The notes: generated from the sequence alone by a model not told the origin. A stretch of DNA of 64,000 nucleotides from Gemmatimonadota bacterium (GCA_018660835.1 JABJJN010000011.1:26489-90488), one strand, 5' to 3'. Positions 1 to 9,896 are shown, counted from the stretch's first letter. Made by a program: numbers and translations.

Positions 1-2
1 GC

Positions 3-641
3 AAGAGACTGTCCTTCCACCGAGCCGTCCTTACTGACGCCTATTTCCAGGGCGCGGATTTGCGCGGCGCCGACTTTAGTCAAGCGATCTTGCAGGGCGC
101 TGAATTGCAGAATGCGAATCTCTTCAAGGCCAATTTCTCCGAAGCCAACCTGAAGGGTGCCAGCTTGCAGAAGGCACAGCTGCGCGAAGCCAATCTCACG
201 AGTGCCCATCTGATCGAAGCGAATTTGCAGGAGGCTGATCTACGCAAAGCCGTCCTTCAACGCGCCGATCTTCGAGATGCAGACCTGCTTGAAAGTATCT
301 TGATGAGAGCCGACCTAACGATGGCATTTGCACACGGGGCCAATCTGTTCATGGCAGACATGCGGCACGCCATCTGTGTCGAGATAAATCTTCAGGAAGC
401 GGATCTACAGGGGGCGGACTTGCGTGAGGCCGATCTGAGCTTGGCTCAGGCTCAGGACGCAAAGATGGCAGGCGCCGAATTAGAGGGGGCCGTGTTGGAG
501 AAAGCCGACTTCCTGGATGCCCTTGGATTGACAGCAGACCAGGTCGAAGGTGCCGTGATCGACGCCCGAACTCGCTGGCCAACGTACCTACGGGATGAGG
601 TAGTCTTCGAGTCTCCTGATATCGAAAGGGCAGCAAAGTGA
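3..641 (+). CDS. Pentapeptide repeat protein (5'-truncated by window edge)
   Basis: Continuous A(D/N)Lxx repeats (ADLRGADFSQAILQGAELQNANL...); frame is open back to position 3. Confidence 0.9.
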   Translation, partial: KRLSFHRAVLTDAYFQGADLRGADFSQAILQGAELQNANLFKANFSEANLKGASLQKAQLREANLTSAHLIEANLQEADLRKAVLQRADLRDADLLESILMRADLTMAFAHGANLFMADMRHAICVEINLQEADLQGADLREADLSLAQAQDAKMAGAELEGAVLEKADFLDALGLTADQVEGAVIDARTRWPTYLRDEVVFESPDIERAAK

Positions 642-691
642 ACCGCAGACCGCTGGATCGCTATCCCTGCGATCTCGTCATTTGCGCTGAA

Positions 692-1966
692 TTACCCTTG
701 GTCTCGCAGAGATACCAGACCTTTTTCACCTTCGCTACGAGCGATCAGCGCGGCGCCACAGGTATCACTCCAGACATTCACGGTAGTACGGCACATATCG
801 AGAACTCGATCCACGGCAAGAATCAGCCCGACGCCTTCAAGGGGAAGCCCGACGGCCGTAAGGATGACGGAGATCATCACGAGGCCCGCCATGGGAATAC
901 CAGCAGCTCCGATCGAGGCCAGCAGAGCGGTCACGACAACAAGCCCCTGCTGCAGGATCGATAATTCGACGCCATAGGCCTGCGCAATAAACAGGGCGGC
1001 GACGCACTCATACAGTGCCGTTCCATCCATGTTGACTGTCGCGCCAAGAGGTGCCACAAAACTCGTGACGCGATTAGAGACGCCCGCGCGGTTTTCCAGA
1101 CAGTCAAGGGTCAGAGGCAGGGTTGCTGACGATGAAGAGGTGGAGAAGGCCGTCAACAGTGCCGGTGACATGGCCTGTGCATGAATGTGAGGGCGAAGTC
1201 GGCCCAGGACGCTGAGCAAGATGGGCAATGTGACACAGGCGTGAATGAGAAGGCCGAGCAAGACGGTGAGCGCGTAGATACCGAGGCCGGCAAAGACATC
1301 GATACCTGTGCGGGCAACCGTTCGACCCACAAGCGCGAAAATTCCCAAGGGCGCGAAGGATAGGATGAAGTGAGTGAGTTTCATCATCACCGCGAAGGCA
1401 CTGGTAAAAATCGACTCGAGAGGCTTGCGCTGAGCTTCGGGTAGCCGAGTAATAAAAGTGCCGAACAGTAGGGCGAAGACGATAATCTGCAGCATATTCC
1501 CTTCTGCCATGGCGGCGAAGGGATTGCTTGGCACCAGGTCCAGCAGCAGGCGGATTAACGCGGCCCCCGGTGAATCCCCGAACCGATCCATTGATGCGGC
1601 GAGACGTTCGGGACGATCAGCCAGCCCCAGATCGACACCAACACCGGGTTGAGTCAGGTTGACGAGAATGAGACCCGTTACAATGGCCAGCAAGGAAGTC
1701 ATCGTATAGTAGAGGAGCGTTTTGCCACTTAGGCGACCCACACCCTCACCACCGCCCAGGCCTGCGACGCCACATATGATCGATGTCGTGATCAGGGGGA
1801 CGATGACCATCCTCAATCCCTTGAGAAACAGGTCGCCGACAAAGTCTACGGATGTCACCACATCCGGGATCACGACGCCAGCCAGGGCACCGAGAATCAG
1901 TGCCGCCAGGATTTGCCAGTGCAGAGCCAGGCGGAAGATAGATCTGGACATGGTTTGCTCGCTCAT
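692..1966 (-). CDS. Dicarboxylate/amino acid:cation symporter (DAACS, GltP-like)
   Basis: AFSTSSSSATLP, GATVNMDGTALY and GAAGIPMAGLV motifs; multiple TM segments. Confidence 0.93.
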   Translation of the reverse strand: MSEQTMSRSIFRLALHWQILAALILGALAGVVIPDVVTSVDFVGDLFLKGLRMVIVPLITTSIICGVAGLGGGEGVGRLSGKTLLYYTMTSLLAIVTGLILVNLTQPGVGVDLGLADRPERLAASMDRFGDSPGAALIRLLLDLVPSNPFAAMAEGNMLQIIVFALLFGTFITRLPEAQRKPLESIFTSAFAVMMKLTHFILSFAPLGIFALVGRTVARTGIDVFAGLGIYALTVLLGLLIHACVTLPILLSVLGRLRPHIHAQAMSPALLTAFSTSSSSATLPLTLDCLENRAGVSNRVTSFVAPLGATVNMDGTALYECVAALFIAQAYGVELSILQQGLVVVTALLASIGAAGIPMAGLVMISVILTAVGLPLEGVGLILAVDRVLDMCRTTVNVWSDTCGAALIARSEGEKGLVSLRDQG

Positions 1967-2099
1967 GCAGAGTCCTAGGGTATGCCTAACAGACTCGCGG
2001 GTTGGTCCTAACGGACTCGTGGGTGGGTTCGGGGCAACCTAAAGGGCAGGTGCCTGAGTGAGCAAATAAAACAAACGAGAAGGCAGTGCTGAGGAGAGG

Positions 2100-3539
2100 A
2101 TGACACAGATCAGATTTTACGACACTCCCCGTAGGGAGAAGGTTGCCTTCGAACCACTCGAAGAAGGCAAGATTCGCATGTACAGTTGTGGGCCCACGGT
2201 GTGGGACTACGCACACATTGGCAATTTCCGCGCCTTCTTGTTCCCCGATGTGCTCAAGCGATATCTGCAATATCGTGGTTTTGTGGTGGAGCACGTCATG
2301 AATTTGACCGACGTAGACGACCGCATCGTCAAGCAGGTCGGTGACGGCGGGACAACGCTCAATGAGTACGTGCAAACCTACATCGATGGATTCTTTGATG
2401 ATCTGGATCGGCTGGGCATCCAGAGGGCTGATCGATATCCACGGGCGACAGAGCATGTGGAAGAAATGGTACAGCTCATCGAAAAACTCGTCGCAGAGGG
2501 CGCTGCCTATGAGCGTGACGGGTCCGTCTATTTTGCCATTGAGTCCTTCAAATCATACGGTGAATTTGCCCATCTCGATTTGACTGGCATGCGCGATGGC
2601 GTGCGCATCGACAGTGACAAATATGACAAAGAACACGTGCGCGACTTCGTTCTTTGGAAAGCGTGGACCGAAGCCGATGGTGACATCGCCTGGCCTTCGC
2701 CCTTTGGACGTGGGCGCCCCGGGTGGCATTTGGAATGCTCGTGCATGTCGATGAAGTATCTGGGGGAAACATTTGATATTCACACGGGGGGAGTGGATCT
2801 CATTTTTCCACACCACCAGAACGAGATCGCTCAAAGCGAAGCGTCGACTCACCGTCCCTTCGTGCGTTATTGGATGCACAACGAATTCGTGAACATTGAC
2901 GGTGCGGGGATGTCAAAAAGTGTCGGCAACAATGTCCGACTGCAGGACATTGGCGACCGAGAGCAGATTCAAGCATACCGCTATCTGGTTGTCACCTCTC
3001 ACTATCGCACCATTTTGAATTTCACTGACGAGGCTCTGAAGGCCGCCAGCAGCGCCCGACGCCGACTCAATCGCCTGGCAAATCGCTTACGGGAGACCTC
3101 TTGCGGTGACGGTGCCGCAGCAAGCGCCTCCCTTGAGCCAAATGCTTGGAATGAGGCGGTGCAGACCGCAGAAGATGCCTTCAGGTTGGCCCTCGATGAC
3201 GATCTGAATACGCCAAGGGCGATGGCGGCCATCTTCGGTCTGGTGGGAGATGCGGAACGCTTGTTGGGCAGCGACGAGATGGCGCCCCAGGACGCGGCGG
3301 TGGCACTGAAATTCCTCACCGTGACTGATGGCGTTCTAGGCTTCCTTGACGATGTCGACGAATCCGAGCCCGAAGCAGCCGTCGAACTCACACCCAATCA
3401 GCAGCAGATGCTGGAAGATCGCCATCAGGCTCGATCCTCAAAAGACTGGTCCCGCGCAGATGAATTGCGCGACCTCCTGGCAGCTGAGGGTATTGCCGTC
3501 ATTGACGGTCCCGAAGGTCAGCAATGGACTCAGACATAG
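2100..3539 (+). CDS. cysS: Cysteine--tRNA ligase
   Basis: MYSCGPTVWDYAHIGN, GRPGWHLECS, DIHTGGVDLIFPHHQNE, MSKS; SD GAGGAGAGG. Confidence 0.97.
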   Translation: MTQIRFYDTPRREKVAFEPLEEGKIRMYSCGPTVWDYAHIGNFRAFLFPDVLKRYLQYRGFVVEHVMNLTDVDDRIVKQVGDGGTTLNEYVQTYIDGFFDDLDRLGIQRADRYPRATEHVEEMVQLIEKLVAEGAAYERDGSVYFAIESFKSYGEFAHLDLTGMRDGVRIDSDKYDKEHVRDFVLWKAWTEADGDIAWPSPFGRGRPGWHLECSCMSMKYLGETFDIHTGGVDLIFPHHQNEIAQSEASTHRPFVRYWMHNEFVNIDGAGMSKSVGNNVRLQDIGDREQIQAYRYLVVTSHYRTILNFTDEALKAASSARRRLNRLANRLRETSCGDGAAASASLEPNAWNEAVQTAEDAFRLALDDDLNTPRAMAAIFGLVGDAERLLGSDEMAPQDAAVALKFLTVTDGVLGFLDDVDESEPEAAVELTPNQQQMLEDRHQARSSKDWSRADELRDLLAAEGIAVIDGPEGQQWTQT

Positions 3540-3717
3540 GCCGCAACAAAGTCTCATGTCAGCCTGCAGTAAGTGTAGGAACTAGCTGAGCCACAACGAT
3601 TAAGCCCTCATCAATCCCTTGACTTTCCAGACGCTCAATGTCTTCTTTGTGAGAGCCACAAGACGGCCGGGGCGTCGAGTTTTCGCCTCATGATATCTCC
3701 TCCTATTTCTCTTCGGC

Positions 3718-5574
3718 GTGATGACTGGCGAAACCTCTTATCTGTCCAGTGCACTTCGTACTGAATTGTGGACGTCCCTGGGGGACCGTTTACGGGGTGG
3801 AGCCGCGCTGTGTACGAATGGCGATTTCCTAGATACCCTGAGTGAGATCTACGAGGAGATCACCGGCGACGTGGCACCGGAGCTTGTGCGCCAGGAAATC
3901 CAGCAAATGGTCGCCGCCGTGAATCAAGCCCATCCAGAGACCTATCTTGCCAAAGGCGTCCAGAACGGGATTGCCCGTGCCTTCGAGGAAGGGGTGCGAC
4001 GACTCAATTGGGACATCGACAAGATCCAGACGGCTGGCGCGGGGACCATGCGTCGCTTTCGCCAGAAGGATAGCGTGCGAGAGCTATTTGCCGATGCAAA
4101 TCTGCAGCCTGAACAGATCTCCGTCGCCGACTGCGTGCAGCAGGTCATCCAGGAGGTGGCTCCTGACCGTGAGCAGGGAACACGGCCTGAACGAGAGCGA
4201 CCCGCCTTCCGCCCGGACCTGAAGGTCCAGACTCCACCTCCAGACGACGAGCCGACGGCTCCTGCAGGTGCGATTGACGCCGAAACACAGGCGTTGGTTG
4301 AGTCAGGCGAGGTGGACGCTGCCGAGGTCAAGCGCCGCGCCGAAGCGCAGCAGAAGCGCCAGTCAGAGCTCGAAGAGCGCGAGATGGGTAAGGCCTATTC
4401 TTCTGATCGAATCAAATCCTACGTCGATCAAGGTGTTGTCAGTGAAGAAGAGGGTGAAAAGCTGGAGGAACTCGGTAAGGTCGACGCGAGAGTGAAGAAC
4501 GGCGAGATCACCGAGGAAGAAGCCGCAGAGATTCGCAATACGCTGATGGAGAAGGGGGCAAGGGACAAGATCGAGCGGCAGGTGCGCGAAGCCGTTGCTG
4601 ATTCTGTTCGCTATCTACAGGTCTTCGAGTCGATGCAGAAGATCAACCCCCAATACCATGATGCGATCGGCTTCCTCATTCAGCACAAGAATGTGGTCGT
4701 CGCCACCGACGGGGGCAGTGTCGACTTTGCCCCCGCCATCAAGGGGCTGATGGAGGACGTTGACTTGCTCGATGATGTGCTCAATATCATGGAGCGCAAG
4801 GATCAGGAATTGCGCATGATTTCTGTTCGACTCCATCCGTACAGCAGTATCATGAGTCGGGGCATCGAGCGCATCGGCAATATGACAATCGAGGAAAGCT
4901 TCGTAGAAGATCTGGAGAAGCTCGATTCTGAGGGGATGTCAGATCGACTCAGTTCACCGGATCAGATGCAACGTGTGCGTCCTGCGGCGGACATGCGTTG
5001 TATGATCAGTCTTGTCGATCACGTGTCGAAACGGACGCGCTTTCGCAAAGAACTCCGTCTCCTGCGTATCAGCAAGCAGCTCGAGGAATTCTATCAAGGT
5101 ACGAGTGACATGAAGGAGGCTCGCCATCAGGCGGAGGGGTTCCTGAATCGTCGCTTGCGCCGACTCTTTCCTGACATGAATGCAGATGAAGCGGCCGAGC
5201 TGAAGCAGCGCTCTACTGAGATGATGGATCAGCTGGAGCAGCGTATCATCGACGAGCGCAAGTCCGAGGTGGAAGCCAAACGCACAAAGGTCGAAGAGGC
5301 ACAGGCGAAGAAGCCGGCCGAGGGCGGCGACGATGACATGGAACTGTCGGAGGACGAGATCAAGAGCGGCGTGCAGATCGGTCGCGTCGAGATGCGGGTT
5401 GCCGGTAGCTCGCGACGAATTCCGACGAAGATCATGCCCGACCCAGATGATCCTGAAAAGATGTGTATCGCAAGTCGTGATCCCGATACGCGCGACATCG
5501 TTCCAGCCAAGCGTCGTGGTGCGGTTCGATACATTGAGAAAGCCCGTGACGGTACTTGGCGCGAAGGTCGATGA
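3718..5574 (+). CDS. Hypothetical acidic helical protein (618 aa) with three SHOCT-like motifs
   Basis: Long ORF with coding-like codon usage; motifs LVESGEVDAAE, YVDQGVVSEEE, VKNGEITEEE; no family recognised. Confidence 0.75.
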   Translation: MMTGETSYLSSALRTELWTSLGDRLRGGAALCTNGDFLDTLSEIYEEITGDVAPELVRQEIQQMVAAVNQAHPETYLAKGVQNGIARAFEEGVRRLNWDIDKIQTAGAGTMRRFRQKDSVRELFADANLQPEQISVADCVQQVIQEVAPDREQGTRPERERPAFRPDLKVQTPPPDDEPTAPAGAIDAETQALVESGEVDAAEVKRRAEAQQKRQSELEEREMGKAYSSDRIKSYVDQGVVSEEEGEKLEELGKVDARVKNGEITEEEAAEIRNTLMEKGARDKIERQVREAVADSVRYLQVFESMQKINPQYHDAIGFLIQHKNVVVATDGGSVDFAPAIKGLMEDVDLLDDVLNIMERKDQELRMISVRLHPYSSIMSRGIERIGNMTIEESFVEDLEKLDSEGMSDRLSSPDQMQRVRPAADMRCMISLVDHVSKRTRFRKELRLLRISKQLEEFYQGTSDMKEARHQAEGFLNRRLRRLFPDMNADEAAELKQRSTEMMDQLEQRIIDERKSEVEAKRTKVEEAQAKKPAEGGDDDMELSEDEIKSGVQIGRVEMRVAGSSRRIPTKIMPDPDDPEKMCIASRDPDTRDIVPAKRRGAVRYIEKARDGTWREGR

Positions 5575-7011
5575 ATGACCGGTGACTCTGCTCACCTGGC
5601 AAGTGCCAAGTCCGCCGCCGCAACGATCGATCGACTCAACTGTGTAGACACCTTCGAGCGTTGTTGGCCCATTCTGCCGCCGGCAGTCACCAAGGCCCTG
5701 CGGTCCCTTCTGGTTGAGCCGTCATTGTCCCCGACAGGCTCAATGGATGCGGCGTGTGTGGCGTTGCTGGCTGCTCTGCAGAACGCTGGACGGGAGTCGC
5801 TCCATGCCCTGTGTGTCGACGGGCTTCTTGATGACGACACGCATCCCTTCATGAATTGCCTTTCCCGAGGCATTGAGCCGGACGTGTCGACGCGGAACCT
5901 GCTCAAGCGCGATCTGCAACGCTTGCAGAGCGTCGCTGAACTGCCGTGGTGGGAACTGGTTGCCGCAGCCGGTGTTGACTGGGTGGAGGCACCCGAGACT
6001 GGATCGCATCGCTCAAATCAGAGACCAGTACCCTCCAAGACAGAGAGTGCGCCCTGGTCATCGATTGCGGAGCGATCTCGCTTGGAAGCCCGATTGGGTG
6101 CCCATGTTGTCTGGGCGGATCTGTCGCAAGAGCTGGAGGCGTTCTGGCGTCGTTATGGTTGTGGTCCACGCCAGGGGATTGCCGCCTATCGACTCGCAGA
6201 TGTCGCGGGTTTACCAGCCCTGCGACCGATTGAGAATTTCGATGCCTTCCCGCTCGAGTGGTTGCAGTTAGGTAGTGCACGCATCCAGCTGCTCGACGAC
6301 AACACGCGCGCCTTGCTGGAAGGCGCGGGCGCCGTAAATACACTGATTTGGGGGCCACGTGGCTGTGGCAAATCAACGCTGATTCGGGCTCTTGTGGGCA
6401 AATACTGGCAACAGGGATTGCGTGCGATCGAGATTCCTGCCGCAGCCTATGAGCAGCTGCCTTCGCTTTTTGAACTGGTGCGGGACCGGACAGAATGCTT
6501 CATCGCGGTCCTCGACAATATTGCCCTCGAGCCACAGGATCCGGCACATCGAACCTTGGCAACGCTACTTGATGGGGGGCTTGAACGCACACCAGAGAAC
6601 CTGGTTTTCTACGCGACGTCAAACTACAAGGATCTCGTTGACCGCCACGGCGAGAGACCCGGTGGTCCTCCGGCGCAGCAGGCAGACGCAGCCGTGCTGG
6701 CACGACAACTCGGTGCTACAGAGCCGAGCCTCCAGGCGTATGACCCCCAAGGACTGCAGCGACTCGATGAACGGCGTGCACTGGACGATCGATTCGCCCT
6801 GAAAGTCTTCATAGATCTTCCAACACAATCACAATACGAACAGATTCTGATCGCTTACGCTGAACGCGCTGACTTGCCCGATAGCAGACAAGAATTGCTG
6901 GCTGACTTCCGCATCTGGTGCATGCGTCACAATCACGACCTCGTCGGCGGTCGCACGGCCCGCGACTATGTCCGGTATCGTGCCGCCAAGGCGCGGGAGA
7001 CGGACGGATGA
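5575..7011 (+). CDS. DUF815-family AAA+ ATPase
   Basis: NTLIWGPRGCGKS Walker A, AVLDN Walker B variant, LDGGLERTPENLVFYATSN, ALDDRFAL, GRTARDY. Confidence 0.85.
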   Translation: MTGDSAHLASAKSAAATIDRLNCVDTFERCWPILPPAVTKALRSLLVEPSLSPTGSMDAACVALLAALQNAGRESLHALCVDGLLDDDTHPFMNCLSRGIEPDVSTRNLLKRDLQRLQSVAELPWWELVAAAGVDWVEAPETGSHRSNQRPVPSKTESAPWSSIAERSRLEARLGAHVVWADLSQELEAFWRRYGCGPRQGIAAYRLADVAGLPALRPIENFDAFPLEWLQLGSARIQLLDDNTRALLEGAGAVNTLIWGPRGCGKSTLIRALVGKYWQQGLRAIEIPAAAYEQLPSLFELVRDRTECFIAVLDNIALEPQDPAHRTLATLLDGGLERTPENLVFYATSNYKDLVDRHGERPGGPPAQQADAAVLARQLGATEPSLQAYDPQGLQRLDERRALDDRFALKVFIDLPTQSQYEQILIAYAERADLPDSRQELLADFRIWCMRHNHDLVGGRTARDYVRYRAAKARETDG

Positions 7012-8039
7012 ATCAGGGGAACTACGATCAGCTGCGCCTTGATGTGGAGAGGCAGTCGCTGCGTTCGATGAAGCGATTCCTCGACTACGCCAAGCGTGTG
7101 CGGCAGGAATCGGGGCTGGACGAACTCGCCCAATGGGTCGCTCGCATTCTCCATGACCCGGAAGGCGTCTATGCAGATGATGAAAGAGCACTCGCCTTCA
7201 CAGTGGGTGCCTGCGAGTGGCTGGCTCGGCGTTGGTGCCAAGACATGGACGGCGGTGCCATCATCACAGTGACTGGGGAGGTCGACAAGGTCCGCCTAAT
7301 ACGTCTCCTGATCACAGAAAAAGATCCTGCCCGACAGTGGGGGCTTCAGCAGGCTCTGCATGATCTCGATGGCAAGTTATCTGGCTGGATTCAGCAGCGC
7401 GCTCTACAGCTTGCCAGTGTCCCGGGTGACACGGCCGGGCCTGATACTCTCTTTGAAAACTTTGTTGAAGCTCTCGAGCAACTTGATCCGCTTCAGCAAG
7501 AGAGTGGGTTGGAGCATCTCGAGCAGGAATTGGCGTCCGAACGGCAACAGAAGGATCGCCTACGACGCGAAATCGAGGCCGTGACTGAACGCGCCGAACG
7601 AGCGGTAGAGAGGTTGGAAATCCTGGAGGAGGAGGCGAAAGGGTTGCGCAAGACGCTCCGGGACGAGCGCGACAATGGCGACAAACTTCGTCAGGAGAGA
7701 AGCAAGCGCATTCAGTTCGAGCGGGATGCGCGTGAGGCTGCAAGCCAGTTACAACGCCTCAAGGACGAATACGTGAAACTGGATCAGAGGCTCCGGGAGA
7801 CCGTTCGCCGCCAACCGGCAACGAATCAGCCTCTATTGGATCAGTTACGGCAGATGGCGCCCGCGGACCTTTTGGGTTTGGATGCACGATCCGATGAACA
7901 GACCGTGAGTCAAGTGCGGCGACGATTTGCCGCTGTCTTCCACTCTGATCGGACCGCCCACCTGCCACCCTGGGTAGCCGACCTGTTCGATCATCTGTTG
8001 GGCCTGGTAAATGCTGCTTGCGACAGAGCGCGCAAATGA
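7008..8039 (+). CDS. Coiled-coil protein with C-terminal J-like domain (HSD in place of HPD)
   Basis: ATG at 7008 overlaps the upstream TGA; long central heptad-rich region; C-terminus LLGLDARSDEQTVSQVRRRFAAVFHSDRTAHLPP...LVNAACDR. Confidence 0.75.
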   Translation: MNQGNYDQLRLDVERQSLRSMKRFLDYAKRVRQESGLDELAQWVARILHDPEGVYADDERALAFTVGACEWLARRWCQDMDGGAIITVTGEVDKVRLIRLLITEKDPARQWGLQQALHDLDGKLSGWIQQRALQLASVPGDTAGPDTLFENFVEALEQLDPLQQESGLEHLEQELASERQQKDRLRREIEAVTERAERAVERLEILEEEAKGLRKTLRDERDNGDKLRQERSKRIQFERDAREAASQLQRLKDEYVKLDQRLRETVRRQPATNQPLLDQLRQMAPADLLGLDARSDEQTVSQVRRRFAAVFHSDRTAHLPPWVADLFDHLLGLVNAACDRARK

Positions 8040-8069
8040 TATTGCTCTAACCTGGTAAGAATACTGTAC

Positions 8070-8115
8070 ACGAGATGAGCCCGTGTTCCTCGTCAGGAAT
8101 ACGGGCTCATCTCGT
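8070..8115. terminator. Long hairpin between convergent genes
   Basis: acgagatgagcccgtgttcct-cgtc-aggaatacgggctcatctcgt, 21-bp stem with one G.U pair. Confidence 0.7.
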
Positions 8116-8262
8116 ATATCATTTGCGTTCGCCTTCAAACAGCTCTCAATCAGGGGAGGAGCCAACCGCCTCGACCGAGAGTGTCAACTGCGTATCGCGG
8201 TGTAACGTTTGTCTATGTATATCCGTTGGTACCGGGTATTACATCAGGTCTGTCGCCCTGTC

Positions 8263-8517
8263 TCAGGCGGCACGACCCATCATCTGATCAAGTCGCCGAG
8301 AAATCTGTGAAAGTGACAGACCTTCCGTGACCCGCATTTCGTGGATGAGGTGTTTGAGGAGTATCACCTCAGCCATGTCGTATAGATCTTTGTTGCCATG
8401 ACAGTCGGCAACTTTGAGCAGACCCTTCGACTTGTATTCTCGCATCTGATGAACCGACTTACCGAACAAGCTAGCCGCGTCTTCGATGCCAATGAGCTTT
8501 GTCTTGCGCGCTGCCAT
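8263..8517 (-). CDS. Small MerR-family HTH protein (84 aa)
   Basis: IGIEDAASLFGKSVHQMREYKSKGLL...LY...EGLSLSQISRRL pattern; SD AGGAGG upstream of the ATG at 8517. Confidence 0.8.
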   Translation of the reverse strand: MAARKTKLIGIEDAASLFGKSVHQMREYKSKGLLKVADCHGNKDLYDMAEVILLKHLIHEMRVTEGLSLSQISRRLDQMMGRAA

Positions 8518-8616
8518 TGATAAAGACCTCCTTGTCTTTACGTGTGACACGTGCGGGAATATAGTGCTATGTAATACTAAGCTTATCGGCGAGAGCCCGT
8601 CGGTCTTGAGGAATAT

Positions 8617-9000
8617 TCAGTCTTTTTTCTCGAGAAGCTCAACTTCGTAGCCATCAGGGTCGTCGATGAAGGCCATCTTCCGCCCTTCAGGGAAAGTCAC
8701 CCGCCAATCTCCAGGCCAGATTTCGACACCTGCCTTCTCGAGTGTGTCGCAGAAGTCGATCAGATCCGGCACACCGATCGCAAAATGCATCAAGTCTTCG
8801 GGCACCTTCAGATCGTAGTCAGGCGACCAGGTCAGTTCGAGGGTGTGCGCATTCCCAGGTAACTCGAGGTGGGCAACGTGGTTGCCGGCAGGGGACTTGT
8901 CGGTTCGGCTCTGCAGTTCAAATCCAAGATGATTACAATACCAATCGATCGAGCGATCGAGGTCACCCACGCGGATTCTCGTGTGCAATAGATGAAGCAT
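8617..9000 (-). CDS. VOC/glyoxalase family protein (lactoylglutathione lyase-like)
   Basis: LLHTRIRVGDLDRSIDWY, HFAIGVPDL, MAFIDDPDGYEVEL; start set at 9000 because the longer ORF overlaps the tRNA. Confidence 0.88.
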   Translation of the reverse strand: MLHLLHTRIRVGDLDRSIDWYCNHLGFELQSRTDKSPAGNHVAHLELPGNAHTLELTWSPDYDLKVPEDLMHFAIGVPDLIDFCDTLEKAGVEIWPGDWRVTFPEGRKMAFIDDPDGYEVELLEKKD

Positions 9001-9108
9001 TCTGCGTCCTCGCAATGTGAATGGGGGGATGGACCGCCAGGTTGCCGGCAGGAGCGTCTTCCCTATGTTCTGGGGCCCCACTGGGGAAAACGTGACAGAT
9101 GGGAAGCG

Positions 9109-9144
9109 AAACGGCCGCCCCCAGAAATTGGAGGTGGCCGGTTT
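9109..9144. terminator. Imperfect hairpin downstream of tRNA-Leu
   Basis: aaacggccgccccca-gaaat-tggaggtggccggttt. Confidence 0.35.
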
Positions 9145-9169
9145 GCATGCAGGCGTTTTTTGTAAAGTA

Positions 9170-9256
9170 TGGTGCCGATGGAGGGACTCGAACCCCCACG
9201 GGGTTGCCCCCACCACGCCCTGAACGTGGCGTGTCTACCAATTTCACCACATCGGC
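9170..9256 (-). tRNA. tRNA-Leu (anticodon CAG)
   Basis: Reverse complement GCCGATGTGGTGAAATTGGTAGACACGCCACGTTCAGGGCGTGG...GGTTCGAGTCCCTCCATCGGCACCA; long variable arm, encoded CCA. Confidence 0.97.
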
Positions 9257-9273
9257 ACGAATTGCGAGGAAAG

Positions 9274-9303
9274 AACATAACCCACCGCTCTGGACGGCGT
9301 CAA
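9274..9303 (-). promoter_or_regulatory. Putative sigma70 promoter of tRNA-Leu
   Basis: TTGACG-18-TATGTT on the minus strand. Confidence 0.45.
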
Positions 9304-9398
9304 GATCGCGTTGTCTCGCTCGTCTGGCTGACAAGGGATGTCGGCTGTAGCACGGGCTGTGAAAAGCGAAATTCGGTTCAGCGAGATCATGACAGGCA

Positions 9399-9896
9399 AT
9401 GGCCAAGAACGACACATCAGCAACGGATTCAGGCGGTACAAAGTTGATTGCGCAGAATCGTCGCGCCCGCCACGACTACGAGATCATCGACACCGTTGAG
9501 GCCGGGCTTGCCCTGCTGGGCACAGAGGTCAAAGCGCTACGCGAGGGGAAGGCGAGTCTTGGCGAGGGGTATGCACGTCTCGATCGAGGCGAAGCCTTCC
9601 TATACAGTGTTCACATCGGACACTGCGCCGGTGGCAATCGCTTCAACCATGACCCGGAGCGTACGCGTAAGCTTCTGCTTCATCGAGGCGAATTGCAGCG
9701 CCTGACGAGTCAGATCGAAGAGAAAGGACTTACGCTAGTGCCCCTGCGCCTCTACTTCAGGCGAGGGCGCGCGAAAATTGAAGTTGGGATTGCGCGAGGC
9801 AAACGCCACTTTGATCGCCGTCACGATATCGCCAAGCGCGATGCAGATCGTGCCGTTGATCGAGCGCTGGCAAATCAGAGACGGGAAGCGGAGTGA
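9399..9896 (+). CDS. smpB: SsrA-binding protein
   Basis: IAQNRRARHDY, EAGLALLGTEVKALR, NHDPERTRKLLLH, GLTLVPLRLY, ARGKR. Confidence 0.96.
   Translation: MAKNDTSATDSGGTKLIAQNRRARHDYEIIDTVEAGLALLGTEVKALREGKASLGEGYARLDRGEAFLYSVHIGHCAGGNRFNHDPERTRKLLLHRGELQRLTSQIEEKGLTLVPLRLYFRRGRAKIEVGIARGKRHFDRRHDIAKRDADRAVDRALANQRREAE

Noticed and set aside
3-641. Qnr-type quinolone resistance gene
   Set aside because: Generic pentapeptide repeats, truncated, with no mobile context; function cannot be assigned
3635-3704. Minus-strand 18-aa ORF (MRRKLDAPAVLWLSQRRH) with a strong AGGAGGAG SD
   Set aside because: It would need an antisense promoter inside the 618-aa gene; pyrimidine-rich leaders occur before other genes here, so chance is plausible
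4954-5595. Long antisense or alternative-frame ORFs (for example 4954-5595, 16058-16717, 46803-47495, 54602-55321)
   Set aside because: Shadows of well-supported genes in GC-rich DNA with no recognisable motifs
9001-9216. 72-aa N-terminal extension of the VOC ORF in the ORF track
   Set aside because: Overlaps the tRNA gene; homology begins at the Met at 9000
9170-9256. Genomic island integrated at tRNA-Leu
   Set aside because: No integrase, and I saw no duplicated tRNA 3' end or compositional shift
9257-9398. tmRNA next to smpB
   Set aside because: The gap is too short and has no GGGGC.../tRNA-like ends
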